This document shows, piece by piece, positions 1 through 13,435 of a stretch of 64,000 nt of DNA. Within the stretch, counting starts at the first letter, position 1. Every line of letters starts with the position of its first letter. A model generated the notes under the pieces. That model did not search any database. It was not told the origin of the DNA and was given only the letters and a program-made list of their open reading frames with translations. Source of the stretch: Macrostomum lignano (Eukaryota); NCBI GenBank assembly GCA_002269645.1, contig NIVC01001156.1, forward strand, positions 62,001 to 126,000, written 5' to 3'. Both the position numbers and the translations under genes were made by a program.

Positions 1-659
1 TGGGCCAGATCTTCCATACCAAAAGTGGCAAAAAGATTGGCAGGGCAAAACAATATTTACTAACAAATACAGAAACAGCACAACAAAGATTATCAAGCGG
101 GTAAAATACATTTTCATGTTTTTAGAAAAAAAACTGCTTACATAGATTCACACAGTCTACTCGGCAGTAGTATGTAAATATGTAAGTGTACGTGAACAGT
201 TGCGAATAAATATTGGAAAGGATATAAAAACCGGACCCAAAAATAACGAACTTAAAAATAGTAAAAGACCAATGTTTTCTAAGAAAGCAATGCACATTTT
301 TATCCCACTACAGCGCAGGCTTAGTAGTCCATTTTGGTCCGTCTATGTGTGCCAAGCTGATTGCTAAGACATCTCCTGGAGCACTAAAGGCACAAAAAAG
401 CGAACTAAAATATGGATTTGATAACTAAATAAACACATTTGTCGTTTACCTTGAGATCGGCTGTAGTGATAATTGCAATAAAAGTTATAATATAGATAAA
501 AGTAACTTTGTCTAAATGGCAGAAATAGCAGAGAACTAGGTATGTTCACTTGAGGCCGAATATAACTTGTATTGCATGGGTGCTTGGATTTCAGGTGTAT
601 TAATCTCAGGTGCTTAAAGTACATCCACCAGCCTGTAATTAACTTTTGCTGCTAATGAG

Positions 660-1045
660 AAGCGCCATTAGATTCTCAGGGAGACACCATTAGGTGCTTA
701 GGGGGGCACCATCGAGTGCTTAAGAGGACACGATTAGGTGCTTAGTGGGAGCACCATTAGGTGCTTAGGGGGGCACCATCGAGTGCTTAAGAGGACACGA
801 TTAGGTGCTTAGTGGGAGCACCATTAGGTGCTTAGTGGGAGCACCATTAGGTGCTTAGTGGGAGCACCATTAGGTGCTTAGGAGGCACCATTAGGTGCTT
901 AGGAGGCACCATTAGGTGCTTAGGCGGCGCCATTAGATTCATAGTGAGTGCCATTAAATTCCCAATGGGCGCCATTAGATCCCCAGTGGGGGTATTATTA
1001 GATTCCCAGGGGGCGCTATTAGGCGCTTAGGGGCACCGTTAGACT
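660..1045. repeat. Minisatellite, about 21-23-bp unit (GGAGCACCATTAGGTGCTTAGTG)
   Basis: Tandem copies visible, degenerate at both ends. Confidence 0.85.
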
Positions 1046-1912
1046 CTTAAAGTGCTTAGAGAACTCTATATTCGGTGCGAAATTGAATCTAGCAAGAGAG
1101 TCTATTGATACAAGTCACTGGCAACACGAGAGCAAATTAAGCAAAAATGTATGATAATTTAAAAGCAGGAACAACATTGACAAATAAATTAAAACTGCAC
1201 TAGCTGCATTAAAATATTACAGATGCCCATTCTGAGCTTTAATTAATTAATTTTTAAAATAATTAAATTAGTTTTGATGGAAATTAAGCGTTCGAATTTA
1301 TTAAAACATTTTCTGAACTACAAACAGCCAGGCTTTTGGCCTCCGATTGAAGCAGTTTTACAACACATTCTAGCAATACTGACACTTATTTAAACAAATC
1401 GTGTTCCATTTGTCAGTGAATTAGAATTTTATAATTTATTTCATAACAAAACAAACACACCACCTTTCAGATCGGAAGAAGCAAAAAAAGACAAAAACAT
1501 TGCACAAACACAGAAGTTTTGTTAGCAAATTCGAAGCAAATTCTCAGTAAAAATGTAAACAGGGCAAGCAGTATTGCCATTTGAAGAAAACATTGCAAAG
1601 TATTATTATTAAACTCGAAACTTAAGCAGGGGAAATTGCTGTACGAGTAAATATGGTATATAGATATTAATTTTTAGTATATGGAAATAAATATAAATCA
1701 GTCTCTTCGGCTGAAATTAAATCTTTGATGAATATTTTGATTTTTTAATAATTTACAGAAAGTTAGTTTCCTGTTTTGATACTACTGATCATATTTCCCA
1801 GCGGCAGTAGTATATAAAAAGCCGTAAATTTTTTGGTGAAAAAAAGTCGACTTTTCTAAAGCGATCCTCTCGGAGATTCTCGATGCAGTCAGTCAGTTAC
1901 AACTCTTTGATT

Positions 1913-2530
1913 TCAAGCCTTTTGCAAGCAAAACTCTGCCGCTCTAAGCCACCGCAGCCCCGTCTTCTCCGTCTCCATCCCGCTCGTCCTTGTTCGAACA
2001 TCCACATTGGCGTGCGACTTGAGCTGGTTGAACAGGGCCGACTTGAACACCTCGCGCTCGCGCTTGATCTCATCCCGGACCTTGCTGGGATAGTCAGGCA
2101 CCAGAGCGTCAATGAGGCCCTTGAGGAACAGCACCAGGTGCTCGAACACCAGCACGAAGGCCATCCTGGCCGCCAGCACGTGCCAGAACTCCGACCTGTA
2201 CTTGTAGGGCGCCTCGTCGTAGCGGAAGTCCCGGTAGTAGCAGACCGGCTCCGTGTTGTTCACCGGCCGCGAGGACTCCTCAAAATCTGAGGTGTTGAAC
2301 CTCGACAGGCGCCACTTGATGTAATTGTGGTTGGAATAATTGCCCACAGTGTGCTGGTAGACCATCTTGGGAATTTGCTCGGAGGTGAATCCCAGAATGA
2401 CAGCGTTAGTGACCACGGCCAGGGCGCTGATGGCGGTGAGAATCTGCAGCCAGATGCCGATGCTGCTGGCACGCCGGGCGATGGGCCGGCGCAGCAGAGC
2501 CACCATCTTCCAGGCGTCCAGGCGCACCTC
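1913..2530 (-). CDS. Anoctamin terminal exon 7 (EVRLDAWK...IGIW...CYYRDFR...FWHVLAARMAFVLVFEH...FCLQKA*)
   Basis: Acceptor CCGTAG|GAG; ExRxDAxK TM8 Ca2+ ligands, IGIW, CxYRDFR and RLAFVxxFEH motifs; TGA at 1915-1913. Confidence 0.93.
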   Translation of the reverse strand, partial: EVRLDAWKMVALLRRPIARRASSIGIWLQILTAISALAVVTNAVILGFTSEQIPKMVYQHTVGNYSNHNYIKWRLSRFNTSDFEESSRPVNNTEPVCYYRDFRYDEAPYKYRSEFWHVLAARMAFVLVFEHLVLFLKGLIDALVPDYPSKVRDEIKREREVFKSALFNQLKSHANVDVRTRTSGMETEKTGLRWLRAAEFCLQKA

Positions 2531-3017
2531 CTACGGCGTGAGGCAAACGGGGGGTGAGGTGGGCGTGTAACGCAGCGGTCAAGCGGGCGTCTCTCAAGAT
2601 TGGAAGGACCCTAGTTCGAATCCTGATTGAGCCGAACTCTTTTAAAATTTGTACAATTAATTTTATTCGACTACAAGTTTACCTGAATAAAATTTCCATT
2701 AAATTTACCAAGCGTTAATTTTTGGTGAAGCTGTACAGATTTTTCCCTACCAGCCTAACATTTGCAATAAAAAAAATAAACGTATTATGTTGAAATCCGA
2801 CAAAAAATGTCTTATAGCCTACTGAAAGTGTCAAGTAGCCAGAAGCGGGTAGCTGATAAAAATATGTGAAAACAAAAAAGTATTCAGTTTACTGTCGTTT
2901 TTAAATCATTTTTAATTAAATTAAAAATCAAATTTATTGATACTTATTTGCCATACCGGTCCCTCTTTCTAAAAGTCAATAAAGTAGGAAAATTTCATAA
3001 ATTGCAAAAAAAGAATT

Positions 3018-3090
3018 CGCCCAATGTGGGGCTCGAACCCACGACCCTGAGATTAAGAGTCTCATGCTCTACCGACTGAGCTAACCGGGC
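3018..3090 (-). tRNA. tRNA-Lys(CTT), inside the last anoctamin intron
   Basis: Minus strand reads GCCCGGTTAGCTCAGTCGGTAGAGCATGAGACTCTTAATCTCAGGGTCGTGGGTTCGAGCCCCACATTGGGCG (73 nt): canonical cloverleaf, A/B boxes, anticodon CTT, followed by a T7 Pol III terminator (3006-3012). Confidence 0.95.
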
Positions 3091-3227
3091 TGACACACTG
3101 GGAAGTCACAGCTGTTGCTTTTATCAGCCACTTCTCTCGCCATTCAAGAGAATAATCAATGGAATTAATCAAGCTATTAAGTAGTAAACTAAGCGTATTT
3201 TCGCAGATAAATTTAATTCGAACTCAC

Positions 3228-3497
3228 CAGCACATTGTTCATCAGAGCGAACAGCGGCGCCAGAGGCATGGCGGCTACAAAGAGGGTGACGAAGCCGAAC
3301 TGGATTACCATCTCCAGGTACTCGTCAAACAGCTGCAGGTGGTCCACCGGCAGCAGCGACCAGTCTCGCTCGCACTGGCGCAGGTCTCTGCCGAGCTTCT
3401 CCGCCGCCTTCGCGATCTCCGCCTGCTTTTCTTCCGCAGAGGTGCCGCGCATCAGGTTGTACTTGTTGAACAGCTTCCTGAGCAGGGGCACACCGAC
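3228..3497 (-). CDS. Anoctamin exon 6 (VGVPLLRK...[35 protein letters not shown])
   Basis: Acceptor GCCCAG|GTC, donor CTG|GTGAGT; 270 nt; [24 protein letters not shown] signature with the TM7 Ca2+-binding glutamates. Confidence 0.95.
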
Positions 3498-3533
3498 CTG
3501 GGCGGGGCGGCGACTGCGTTAGATGGGCGGATG

Positions 3534-4325
<792 letters not shown>

Positions 4326-4785
4326 CACAAGCCAGAAGAAAAGGCCAAGTATTGATTGCACTACACGCAAAAATGAATTAGCAGTTGGGCATCACTAGCT
4401 GAGTGAGGGCAACCAGTCCCCCCCCCCAGTCCCCTCACGAGACGGCAATGGGATTTACAAGCGCAGCAATTTATCCCATCGCACCGTAGCGCCAGTTCTG
4501 ACAGTGAATTATCCTGTTTGCTTGGGGATTCTCGGCAAGTGGGGGGGGGCTGCGGGTGGCAGCTCAGCGTGCGCGGCACAGATAATCAGCTGAGCAGAAT
4601 TTAATGAGCACCCAGATCCCATGAGATGGGAAGCAGCTCCCGCAGTCAAACTGGTTGGACTTGTAATTTTTGGATCACACAGGCCTGGGAAGCACTTGAG
4701 ACCGATTATCGAGAATTCGTGAATAAAAATATTTGTAAAAAAGAAACTTGATAACATTTTGGATTTTAAACTACTTAGCTTATGT

Positions 4786-5150
4786 GTGGATCATTTCCCA
4801 GATCCCAAATGCACCTATGGGTCATCTCCCGGATCCCAAATCCATCTGTGATAATTTCCCACATCCTAAATCCATCTCTGGATCGTCTTCCAGATCCCAA
4901 ATCCATGTTTGGATCGTCTCCCAGATCCCAAATCAGTCTCGGGATCGTCTTCCAGATCCCAAATCCATGTTTGGATCGTTTCCCAGATCCCAAATCAATG
5001 TTTGGATCGTCTCCCAGATCCCAAATCAGTCTCTGGATCGTCTCCCAGATCCCAAATCAGTCTCTGGATCGTCTCCCAGATCCCAAATCAGTCTCTAGAT
5101 CGTCTCCCAGATCCCAAATCAGTCTCTGGATCGTCTTCCAGATCCCAAAT
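4786..5150. repeat. Minisatellite, 31-bp unit (CCCAGATCCCAAATCAGTCTCTGGATCGTCT)
   Basis: About 11 tandem copies next to the exon 5 donor. Confidence 0.9.
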
Positions 5151-5220
5151 GAGTATCTCCAGGATCTCAAAAACCCGATTCAAACCAAAGCCACACGAAG
5201 ATCAGAAGCCCCGCGCTCAC

Positions 5221-5615
5221 CTCCATGAGGCAGTTGATGACCTGCTTGGCAACAAAGATGATGAGCATCTGGATGACAAGCTCCACCAGGCAGCCGGCGG
5301 GGTCGCACTCCTCCATGCGAAAGGCGTCACCGATGCGGGCGTACTCCCCGGCCGGCCGTGGAAATAGCCCTTGAAAAAGGCGATGTAGAACACCGACGAG
5401 TAGTAGTTGACGAACTGGAAGCAGTACACCTTGAAGGTGAACGAGTCCTCGTAGGTTGCCTCAGTTTTTGGCTGCTCAAGGTCGGTGAGCACCACGGCAA
5501 GGCGGCGGTAGACCTGGTTGAGCACCACGATGCAGAGAAAGTTGATGGTGGCCGCGCTGAGCGAGGTGAGCAGGCGGGCCTGGCTGGATGTACCGATGCC
5601 CAACGAGTGCAACAC
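5221..5615 (-). CDS. Anoctamin exon 5 (VLHSLG...FQFVNYYSSVFYIAFFKG...EECDPAGCLVELVIQMLIIFVAKQVINCLME); contains a 1-nt frameshift near 5346-5349
   Basis: Acceptor TTCAG|GTG, donor GAG|GTGAGC. The exon is 395 nt, one short of 132 codons, and the conserved ECxPxGCLxEL..Q...KQ..N..E motif appears only after a frame change. Confidence 0.9.
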
Positions 5616-6143
5616 CTGAAGTCAGTGAGGTCCGGGGTTCGAATTCCTGTGTCTAGAGCTGGTATTTTGGCGGACGCATGGTTTATGTGAGTTAATCCAA
5701 GTGTTGTGTAAAATAATTCCGGGTATGTGTCAGAATGGTTTGTGTCACAAAACTTTGGAATTAGTACTAGAAATCAAGAACTTCTGTGTCATATAAGCAC
5801 CTGATTTGTGTCAGCCAGATAATATCTGCATGTATTGGAGAATCCAATGATGTTTTTGAGATTCTGTTAATTGGTAGTTATTAGTATCAGGAAAAAAATG
5901 AAATCAGTAAATCAGGTTTAAATGTTGGTGTGAGGGGGACAATGACTGAATCGAAGGAAACTTTCAAATGAGTTTCTCTTTAAGAGAAGGAACAATGACA
6001 GAGGATTAGGTACCATAAGATCATGCGTTTTTGAAACAGTTTTTATAGTTGGAAAAGCTGAATTTATCCTGAAATCTGAATCTGAATTCTTTTTTATCAC
6101 TGTTATCGTTAGTGCCAGTTCAATGTACATTGTATAGTTTATA

Positions 6144-6681
6144 GTGCAAAGAGGAAGGAGTGAGGTGGGGCCGATGGAGGGGTGGGTGTCCCGCTGACTG
6201 GAGGCAGTGTGCAGTGCAAAGAGGAAGGAGTGAGGTGGGGCCGATGGAGGGGTGGGTGTCCCGCTGACTGGAGGCAGTGTGCAGTGCAAAGAGGAAGGAG
6301 TGAGGTGGGGCCCATGGAGGGGTGGGTGTCCCGCTGACTGGAGGCAGTGTGCAGTGCAAAGAGGAAGGAGTGAGGTGGGGCCCATGGAGGGGTGGGTGTC
6401 CCGCTGACTGGAGGCAGTGTGCAGTGCAAAGAGGAAGGAGTGAGGTGGGGCCGATGGAGGGGTGGGTGTCCCGCTGACTGGAGGCAGTGTATAGGGCAAA
6501 GAGGAAAGGGTGAGGTGGGGGCCGATGGGGGTGGGTGTCCCGCTGATGGGAGGCAGTGTATAGGGCAAAGAGGAAAGGGTGAGTCGGGGGCCGATGGGAA
6601 TGGGTGTCCCGCTGACTGGGAGACAGTGTAAAGTGCAAAGAGGAAGGAGTGAGGTGGGGCCGATGGAGGGGTGGGTGTCCC
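6144..6681. repeat. Minisatellite, 70-bp G-rich unit
   Basis: GTGCAAAGAGG recurs at 6144, 6214, 6284 and onward; about 7.5 copies. Confidence 0.93.
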
Positions 6682-7104
6682 ACAGAGTGATGTTGCGCAA
6701 TGTGAGTGGACGAGTTTTAAATTATCAAAGAACAAATTTTTATGGAATTTTAAAGCGCTATACTTCTCTGGCCAAGGGCCAAAAGCAACACTGCTGAGTA
6801 GTAGCCTAATAAACATTCTCACAAAGGCTTTTAAAAGTTTTTTTTAAACTGACAAACATTAAAACTGTCAACATTACCACGCAAAATTTAAAAAGCTTCT
6901 CAACTGAGCATAAAATCATGAAAAAGACAAGCAAAGAAGCGTTTCGCCGCAAAGCTTTTTGTGCGAATCGATATAGTGAGCTGCTAACGGTGCGTTACTC
7001 CGAAGCCAAAAGTCGGTGCTGTGTCTAGTGGTGCACTGCTATTCGGCCTGCTATTGATATTATCGGAGCTGTCTAGTGTTGCAGATAAACTCTTGATGGC
7101 GTAG

Positions 7105-7608
7105 GCCAATCACCTATAGGTCTGGGAGGGTGTTGGTCATCACATATAGATCTGGAAGGGTCTTGGTCATCACCTATGGATCTGGGAGGGCGGTGGCCCA
7201 TCACCTATAGATCTGGAAGGGTGGTAGTCCATCACCTATAGATCTGGGAGGGTGGTCATCACCTATAGATCTGGGAGGGTGGTGGCCCATCACCTATAGA
7301 TCTGGGAGGGTGTTGATCATCACCTATAGATCTGGCAGGGTGGTGGCCCATCACCTATAGATCTGGAAAGGTGGTGGCCTATCACCTATAGATCTGGAAG
7401 GGTGATCACCTATAGATCTGGAAGGGTGGTGGCTCATCACCTATAGACTTGGTAGGGTGGTGGCCCATCACCTATAGATCTGGAAGGGTGGTGGCCTATC
7501 ACCTATAGATCTGGAAGGGTGGTAGTCCATCACCTATAGACTTGGTAGGGTGGTGGCCCATCACCTATAGATCTGGAAGGGTGGTGGCCCATCACCTATA
7601 GATCTGGA
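7105..7608. repeat. Minisatellite, about 30-bp unit (CATCACCTATAGATCTGGAAGGGTGGTGGCC)
   Basis: Tandem copies visible. Confidence 0.92.
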
Positions 7609-8041
7609 GTGAGGGCGGCACTGTGTATTACAGATAGCCTTTGTTAAGCCTCTCGCAAGTCGAAGTGGAAAGGAACATTAATCTAGTTACACAAAAGTAC
7701 AAAATAGACTGCTCAGGAGAGCTAATCGATGTAATGCAATTGAACAACTTGGAGGCGATTGTGCTTGACGACCACAAACGAGCTATGCAAGGCAGATTGT
7801 CCAGATCACGTTGGCAGCTCAGTTTCGATTACTTTAAAAAAGATCTGGGATAAAAACAGCTGGTCAAGAATCTTTCATACGAGTATTTGGGCATACCGCC
7901 TTGGCCACTCACTGGCGAATCGTTGACAGAACTGTGCTGAATGGTCTAGAATTGCAGAGACATGAAATAAGTACATTAACCTGTGTGTATGCAACCTGGA
8001 GACTGAAATTGTACTGCAGAAATTAACTAGTTTGTTAGCTA

Positions 8042-9400
8042 AGGATCTGGGAGGCTGGCCTAGCAACTGACACTCTGGGAGGCTGGCCCAGCAACTGACA
8101 CTCTGGGAGGCTGGCCTAGCAACTGACACTCTGGGAGGCTGGCCTAGCAACTGACACTCTGGGAGGCTGGCCTAGCAACTGACACTCTGGGAGGCTGGCC
8201 CAGCAACTGACACTCTGGGAGGCTGGCCTAGCAACTGACACTCTGGGAGGCTGGCCTAGCAACTGACACTCTGGGAGGCTGGCCCAGCAACTGACACTCT
8301 GGGAGGCTGGCCTAGCAACTGACACTCTGGAAGGCTGGCCCAGCAACTGACACTCTGGGAGGCTGGCCTAGCAACTGACACTCTGGGAGGCTGGCCTAGC
8401 AACTGACACTCTGGGAGGCTGGCCCAGCAACTGACACTCTGGGAGGCTGGCCTAGCAACTGACACTCTGGAAGGCTGGTCCAGCAACTGACACTCTGGGA
8501 GGCTGGCCTAGCAACTGACACTCTGGGAGGCTGGCCCAGCAACTGACACTCTGGGAGGCTGGCCTAGCAACTGACACTCTGGAAGGCTGGTCCAGCAACT
8601 GACACTCTGGGAGGCTGGCCTAGCAACTGACACTCTGGGAGGCTGGCCCAGCAACTGACACTCTGGGAGGCTGGCCTAGCAACTGACACTCTGGAAGGCT
8701 GGCCTAGCAACTGAGGATCTGGGAGGCTGGCCTAGCAACTGAGGATCTGGGAGGCTGGCCCAGCAACTGACACTCTGGGAGGCTGGCCTAGCAACTGACA
8801 CTCTGGGAGGCTGGCCTAGCAACTGACACTCTGGGAGGCTGGCCTAGCAACTGACACTCTGGGAGGCTGGCCCAGCAACTGACACTCTGGAAGGCTGGCC
8901 CAGCAACTGACACTCTGGGAGGCTGGCCTAGCAACTGACACTCTGGGAGGCTGGCCCAGCAACTGAGGATCTGGGAGGCTGGCCTAGCAACTGACACTCT
9001 GGGAGGCTGGCCCAGCAACTGACACTCTGGGAGGCTGGCCTAGCAACTGACACTCTGGAAGGCTGGTCCAGCAACTGACACTCTGGGAGGCTGGCCTAGC
9101 AACTGACACTCTGGGAGGCTGGCCCAGCAACTGACACTCTGGGAGGCTGGCCTAGCAACTGACACTCTGGAAGGCTGGCCTAGCAACTGAGGATCTGGGA
9201 GGCTGGCCTAGCAACTGAGGATCTGGGAGGCTGGCCCAGCAACTGACACTCTGGGAGGTTGGCCTAGCAACTGACACTCTGGGAGGCTGGCCTAGCAACT
9301 GACACTCTGGGAGGCTGGCCTAGCAACTGACACTCTGGGAGGCTGGCCTAGCAACTGAGAGGATCTGGGAGGCTGGCCCAGCAACTGAGGATCTGGTAGG
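8042..9400. repeat. Minisatellite, 28-bp unit (GCAACTGACACTCTGGGAGGCTGGCCYA)
   Basis: About 48 highly similar tandem copies. Confidence 0.95.
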
Positions 9401-9887
9401 GCAACAATGAATTCAGAGCTGGAATGTCAAAGTTCAGCCAGATTGTGAGCAGTCAGCTGGGTTAGGCTTACATGCTTGATATTTACACTGCCATATCCCA
9501 TATACTAAAATGGTAGCGTAATTACAGATCGAGAGGATACTCGGCTCGCAGATAAAAACGCGGATACAAACAACGAGCCAACGCTAATACATAAATAATG
9601 TACATTAAGTGTCGCTTTAAGTGTCTCTTTTATTAATTACTCTTTTTACTAAATTACTAAATTACTCTTTTATTAAGTGTCTCTTTACGCGAATACAATG
9701 AATACTCTCGATTCTCTACGCAGTGGCAATTTCTCATGCCATAAGCACACCTCTCTCAATGCTAAAAAGAACCACGAACTGTCAAAATGCAAAGTTTTTT
9801 TCCAGCTGTTTGTAAAGAAAGCAAGTTAATTGAGAAGGTTGGAATATTGAATAAAATGCAAGCAGTCCTCTCAAACTCTCATGCTCA

Positions 9888-10247
9888 TATCCCCTCCATC
9901 TCATCCCCTTCCTCTCATCCCCTCCCTCTCATCTCCTCCCTCTCATCCCCTCCATCTCATCCCCTCCCTCTCATCCCCTCTATCTCATCCCCTTCCTCTC
10001 ATCCCCTCCCTCTCATCTCCTCCCTCTCATCCCCTCCCTCTCATCCCCTCCCTCTCATCCCCTTCCTCTCATCCCCTTCCTCTCATCCCCTTCCTCTCAT
10101 CCCCTCCCTCTCATCCCCTCCCTCTCATCCCCTCCCTCTCATCCCCTCCCTCTCATCCCCTCCATCTCATCCCCTCCCTCTCATCCCCTCCCTCTCATCC
10201 CCTCCCTCTCATCCCATCCCTCTCATCCCCTCCCTCTCATCCCCTCT
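9888..10247. repeat. Pyrimidine-rich 14-bp repeat (TCATCCCCTCCCTC)
   Basis: Directly visible. Confidence 0.92.
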
Positions 10248-10554
10248 TTTTCTTTGCGAAGGCACCAACAATGAAAACAGAAATAGCGGAGCACTAATAA
10301 AAGTCAAAGATGGCGGAGCGTTTGGTATCGAGAAGACACAACATATACGCAAAAGTGGCTGCTACCTGTGGCCGGCTACAGCACAAACTACAGCATTAGT
10401 TCTCACAGTTTAAACTCAAAAAATTCTCAGCCTGAAAGTAGCGGTGAAAAAGTGGCAGCGCGTCAAAGTGAAAATCAAACGTAAGGAAACTGAAGAGCTG
10501 AAATTCAAACTAAATAAAAGATCTAATTTGAATATTTGGTGGGCGAAGACAGAC

Positions 10555-11375
10555 AGGCCCTGAGACAGGCACTAAGACAGATACTAAGACAGGCACTATG
10601 ACAGAAAGACACTAAGAAAGACAGAGACACGAAGACAGACAGACACTAACAAAGAAACTAATACACTAATGCACTAGTGCACTGATACACTAATGCACTA
10701 ATGCACTAATGCACTAATACACTAATGCACTAATGCACTAATGCACTAATGCACTAATACATTAATACACTAATACATTATTGCACTAATACACTAATGC
10801 ACTAATGCACTAATGCACTAATGCACTAATGCACTAATACACTAATGCACTAATGCACTAATACATTATTGCACTAATGCACTAGTGCACTGATACACTA
10901 ATGCACTAATGCACTAATGCACTAATACACTAATGCACTAATACACTAATGCACTAATGCACTAATGCACTAATACACTAATGCACTAATGCACTAATAC
11001 ATTAATGCACTAATACATTAATGCACTAATACATTATTGCACTAATACACTAATGCACTAATGCACTAAAACACTAATACATTAATGCACTAATGCACTA
11101 ATACACTAATACACTAATACATTAATGCACTAATGCACTAATACACTAATACATTAATGCACTAGTGCACTAATACACTAATACATTATTGCACTAATAC
11201 ATTAATGCGCTAATGCACTAATACACTAATACATTATTGCACTAATACACTAATGCACTAATGCACTAAAACACTAATACATAAATGCACTAATGCACTA
11301 ATACACTAATATATTATTGCACTAATACATTAATGCGCTAATGCACTAATACACTAATACACGAATGCACTAATG
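10555..11375. repeat. Mostly 8-bp repeat (ACTAATGC/ACTAATAC), with a short GACACTAAGACAG-type lead-in
   Basis: Directly visible; ends about 30 nt from the exon 4 donor. Confidence 0.92.
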
Positions 11376-11407
11376 CAGACACAGGCGGGGCAGGGCACAG
11401 AGCATAC

Positions 11408-11641
11408 CACAATAATGCTCAGCCGGTAGATGATGACGCCGATGACCACACTGAGCACCAGGATGATCATGAACAGCACGGTGGACACGCTCAGGCAGTA
11501 CCTCGGGGCTCGAACATAGATCGGGATGCCCTTCTCCATCTCGACCCTGAGCTGCGAGTCCGTGTCCATGGTGTTTTCAATGTCGTCCGCTTTGCCGCGG
11601 AGCCGCGACTGCACCTGCCTGGTGTAGGCCGGGCGGGGCAC
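11408..11641 (-). CDS. Anoctamin exon 4 (VPRPAY...SVVIGVIIYRLSIIV)
   Basis: Acceptor CCCGCAG|GTG, donor GTG|GTATGC; 234 nt; PRPxY motif plus hydrophobic TM3. Confidence 0.92.
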
Positions 11642-11799
11642 CTGCGGGAAGCGAAGGGGCCGGGGAGAGGTGGCTGGGCCTCCATTGAGTAAGCAGATCT
11701 TAGCGTCTCATTTTTATAAACTTTAAGCCTCAGACTAGTCTGTAAACATGTACTCACAGGTTCAAAGTCTCATTCTGAGTACTTACATGTAGAGATACA

Positions 11800-12090
11800 A
11801 AATCTCACACTGAGACTTACAGGTTTGCAGTCTCACCCTCTGAAAACTTAAACTTCAAAATCTCACCCTCTGGAAACTTAAACTTCAAAATCTCACCCTC
11901 TAGAGACTTAAAACTTCGAAACATCACCCTCTGGAGATTTCAAACTTCGAAATCTCACCCTCTGGAGATTTCAAACTTAAAAATCTCACCCTCTGAAGAC
12001 TTAAAACTTTGAAATCTCACCCTCTGGAGACTTGAAACTTCAAAATCTCACCCCACGACTTGCAGATTCAAAATCTCGACCCGAATCTTG
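11800..12090. repeat. Degenerate minisatellite, about 29-30 bp (AAACTTCAAAATCTCACCCTCTGGAGACTT)
   Basis: Tandem but diverged copies. Confidence 0.8.
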
Positions 12091-12162
12091 ACAAATTCAA
12101 AATCTGACCCGAAGAGCCACAGGCTCCCAGACTCAAAATCGCACCCTCATATCCTTCATTAC

Positions 12163-12834
12163 CTCGTCATGCTGGAAGTTGTTGACGTCCCATTCGTACT
12201 GCAGCACAGCCTGCTCGCGCTTCCAGAACTCCAGGAAGCAGGTGGCCCACAGGGACATGAGGATGGCGAACAGGATGCTGGCGGGGTTGTCGAACACGTG
12301 CACGATCCGTGAGTAGGTGCAGCTGCTCTTCAGGGGGGTGTAGTCACAGGCCTTGTCGCATCCAGGGCAAAGCTTCATCTCCATCACCTCGGGGTCCTCA
12401 CAGATCTGATCCGCTGTCACGTTAGTCGCAGAAGTGCAAACTCCGTAGATGAACACAATGAGGCCGAGAACAGCCATGGGCGCCAGCCACATGTTGTAGA
12501 AGCCCAGCCAGGCAAAGTACATGGCGATCTTTTCGCCAAAATACCGCCTGACCAGCAGCAGCGGCTGGAAGCGGTACCAGTTCTTCGGCGCCACCCAGAC
12601 GTCGTACAACTCCTGGCGATCGTTGTCGAAGCCCTGGACTCGCGTGTCCGCCCCACTGGGCGGCTTGTAAGGCCCGTCGTGCAGGGTGAAGTAGCCGGTG
12701 ATGGCCCCCTTGCTCAGGCACTCGCTGAACAGCGGCATCTCCACCACAGCGTTGTAGGTGATCAGCGAGCGCTGCGCCGAGGTGAAGAACTTCTCCGGGT
12801 CGTTGCTGTAGAGAAACATGTCCAGGCGCTCCTC
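12163..12834 (-). CDS. Anoctamin exon 3 (EERLDMFLYSND...RRYFGEKIAMYFAWLGFY...FLEFWKREQAVLQYEWDVNNFQHDE)
   Basis: Acceptor CCCCAG|GAG, donor GAG|GTAATG; 672 nt; hallmark YFGEKIAxYFAWLG and FLEFWKR motifs (TM1-TM2). Confidence 0.95.
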
Positions 12835-12876
12835 CTGGGGGCGGGAGCGGCGGTGCCGTGCTTTGAAGCTGCGGCG

Positions 12877-13429
<553 letters not shown>

Positions 13430-13435
13430 TCTCAC

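Noticed and set aside
2562-2635. tRNA-like segment with A-box-like and B-box (AGTTCGAATCC) motifs; a similar B box lies near 5635
   Set aside because: Acceptor and anticodon stems do not pair; at best a decayed tRNA/SINE head that I cannot delimit.
12835-12870. Alternative acceptor CCGCCGCAG|CTT for anoctamin exon 3
   Set aside because: It puts the exon in a non-anoctamin frame; the acceptor at 12835 gives TAPFQ|EERLDMF in phase.
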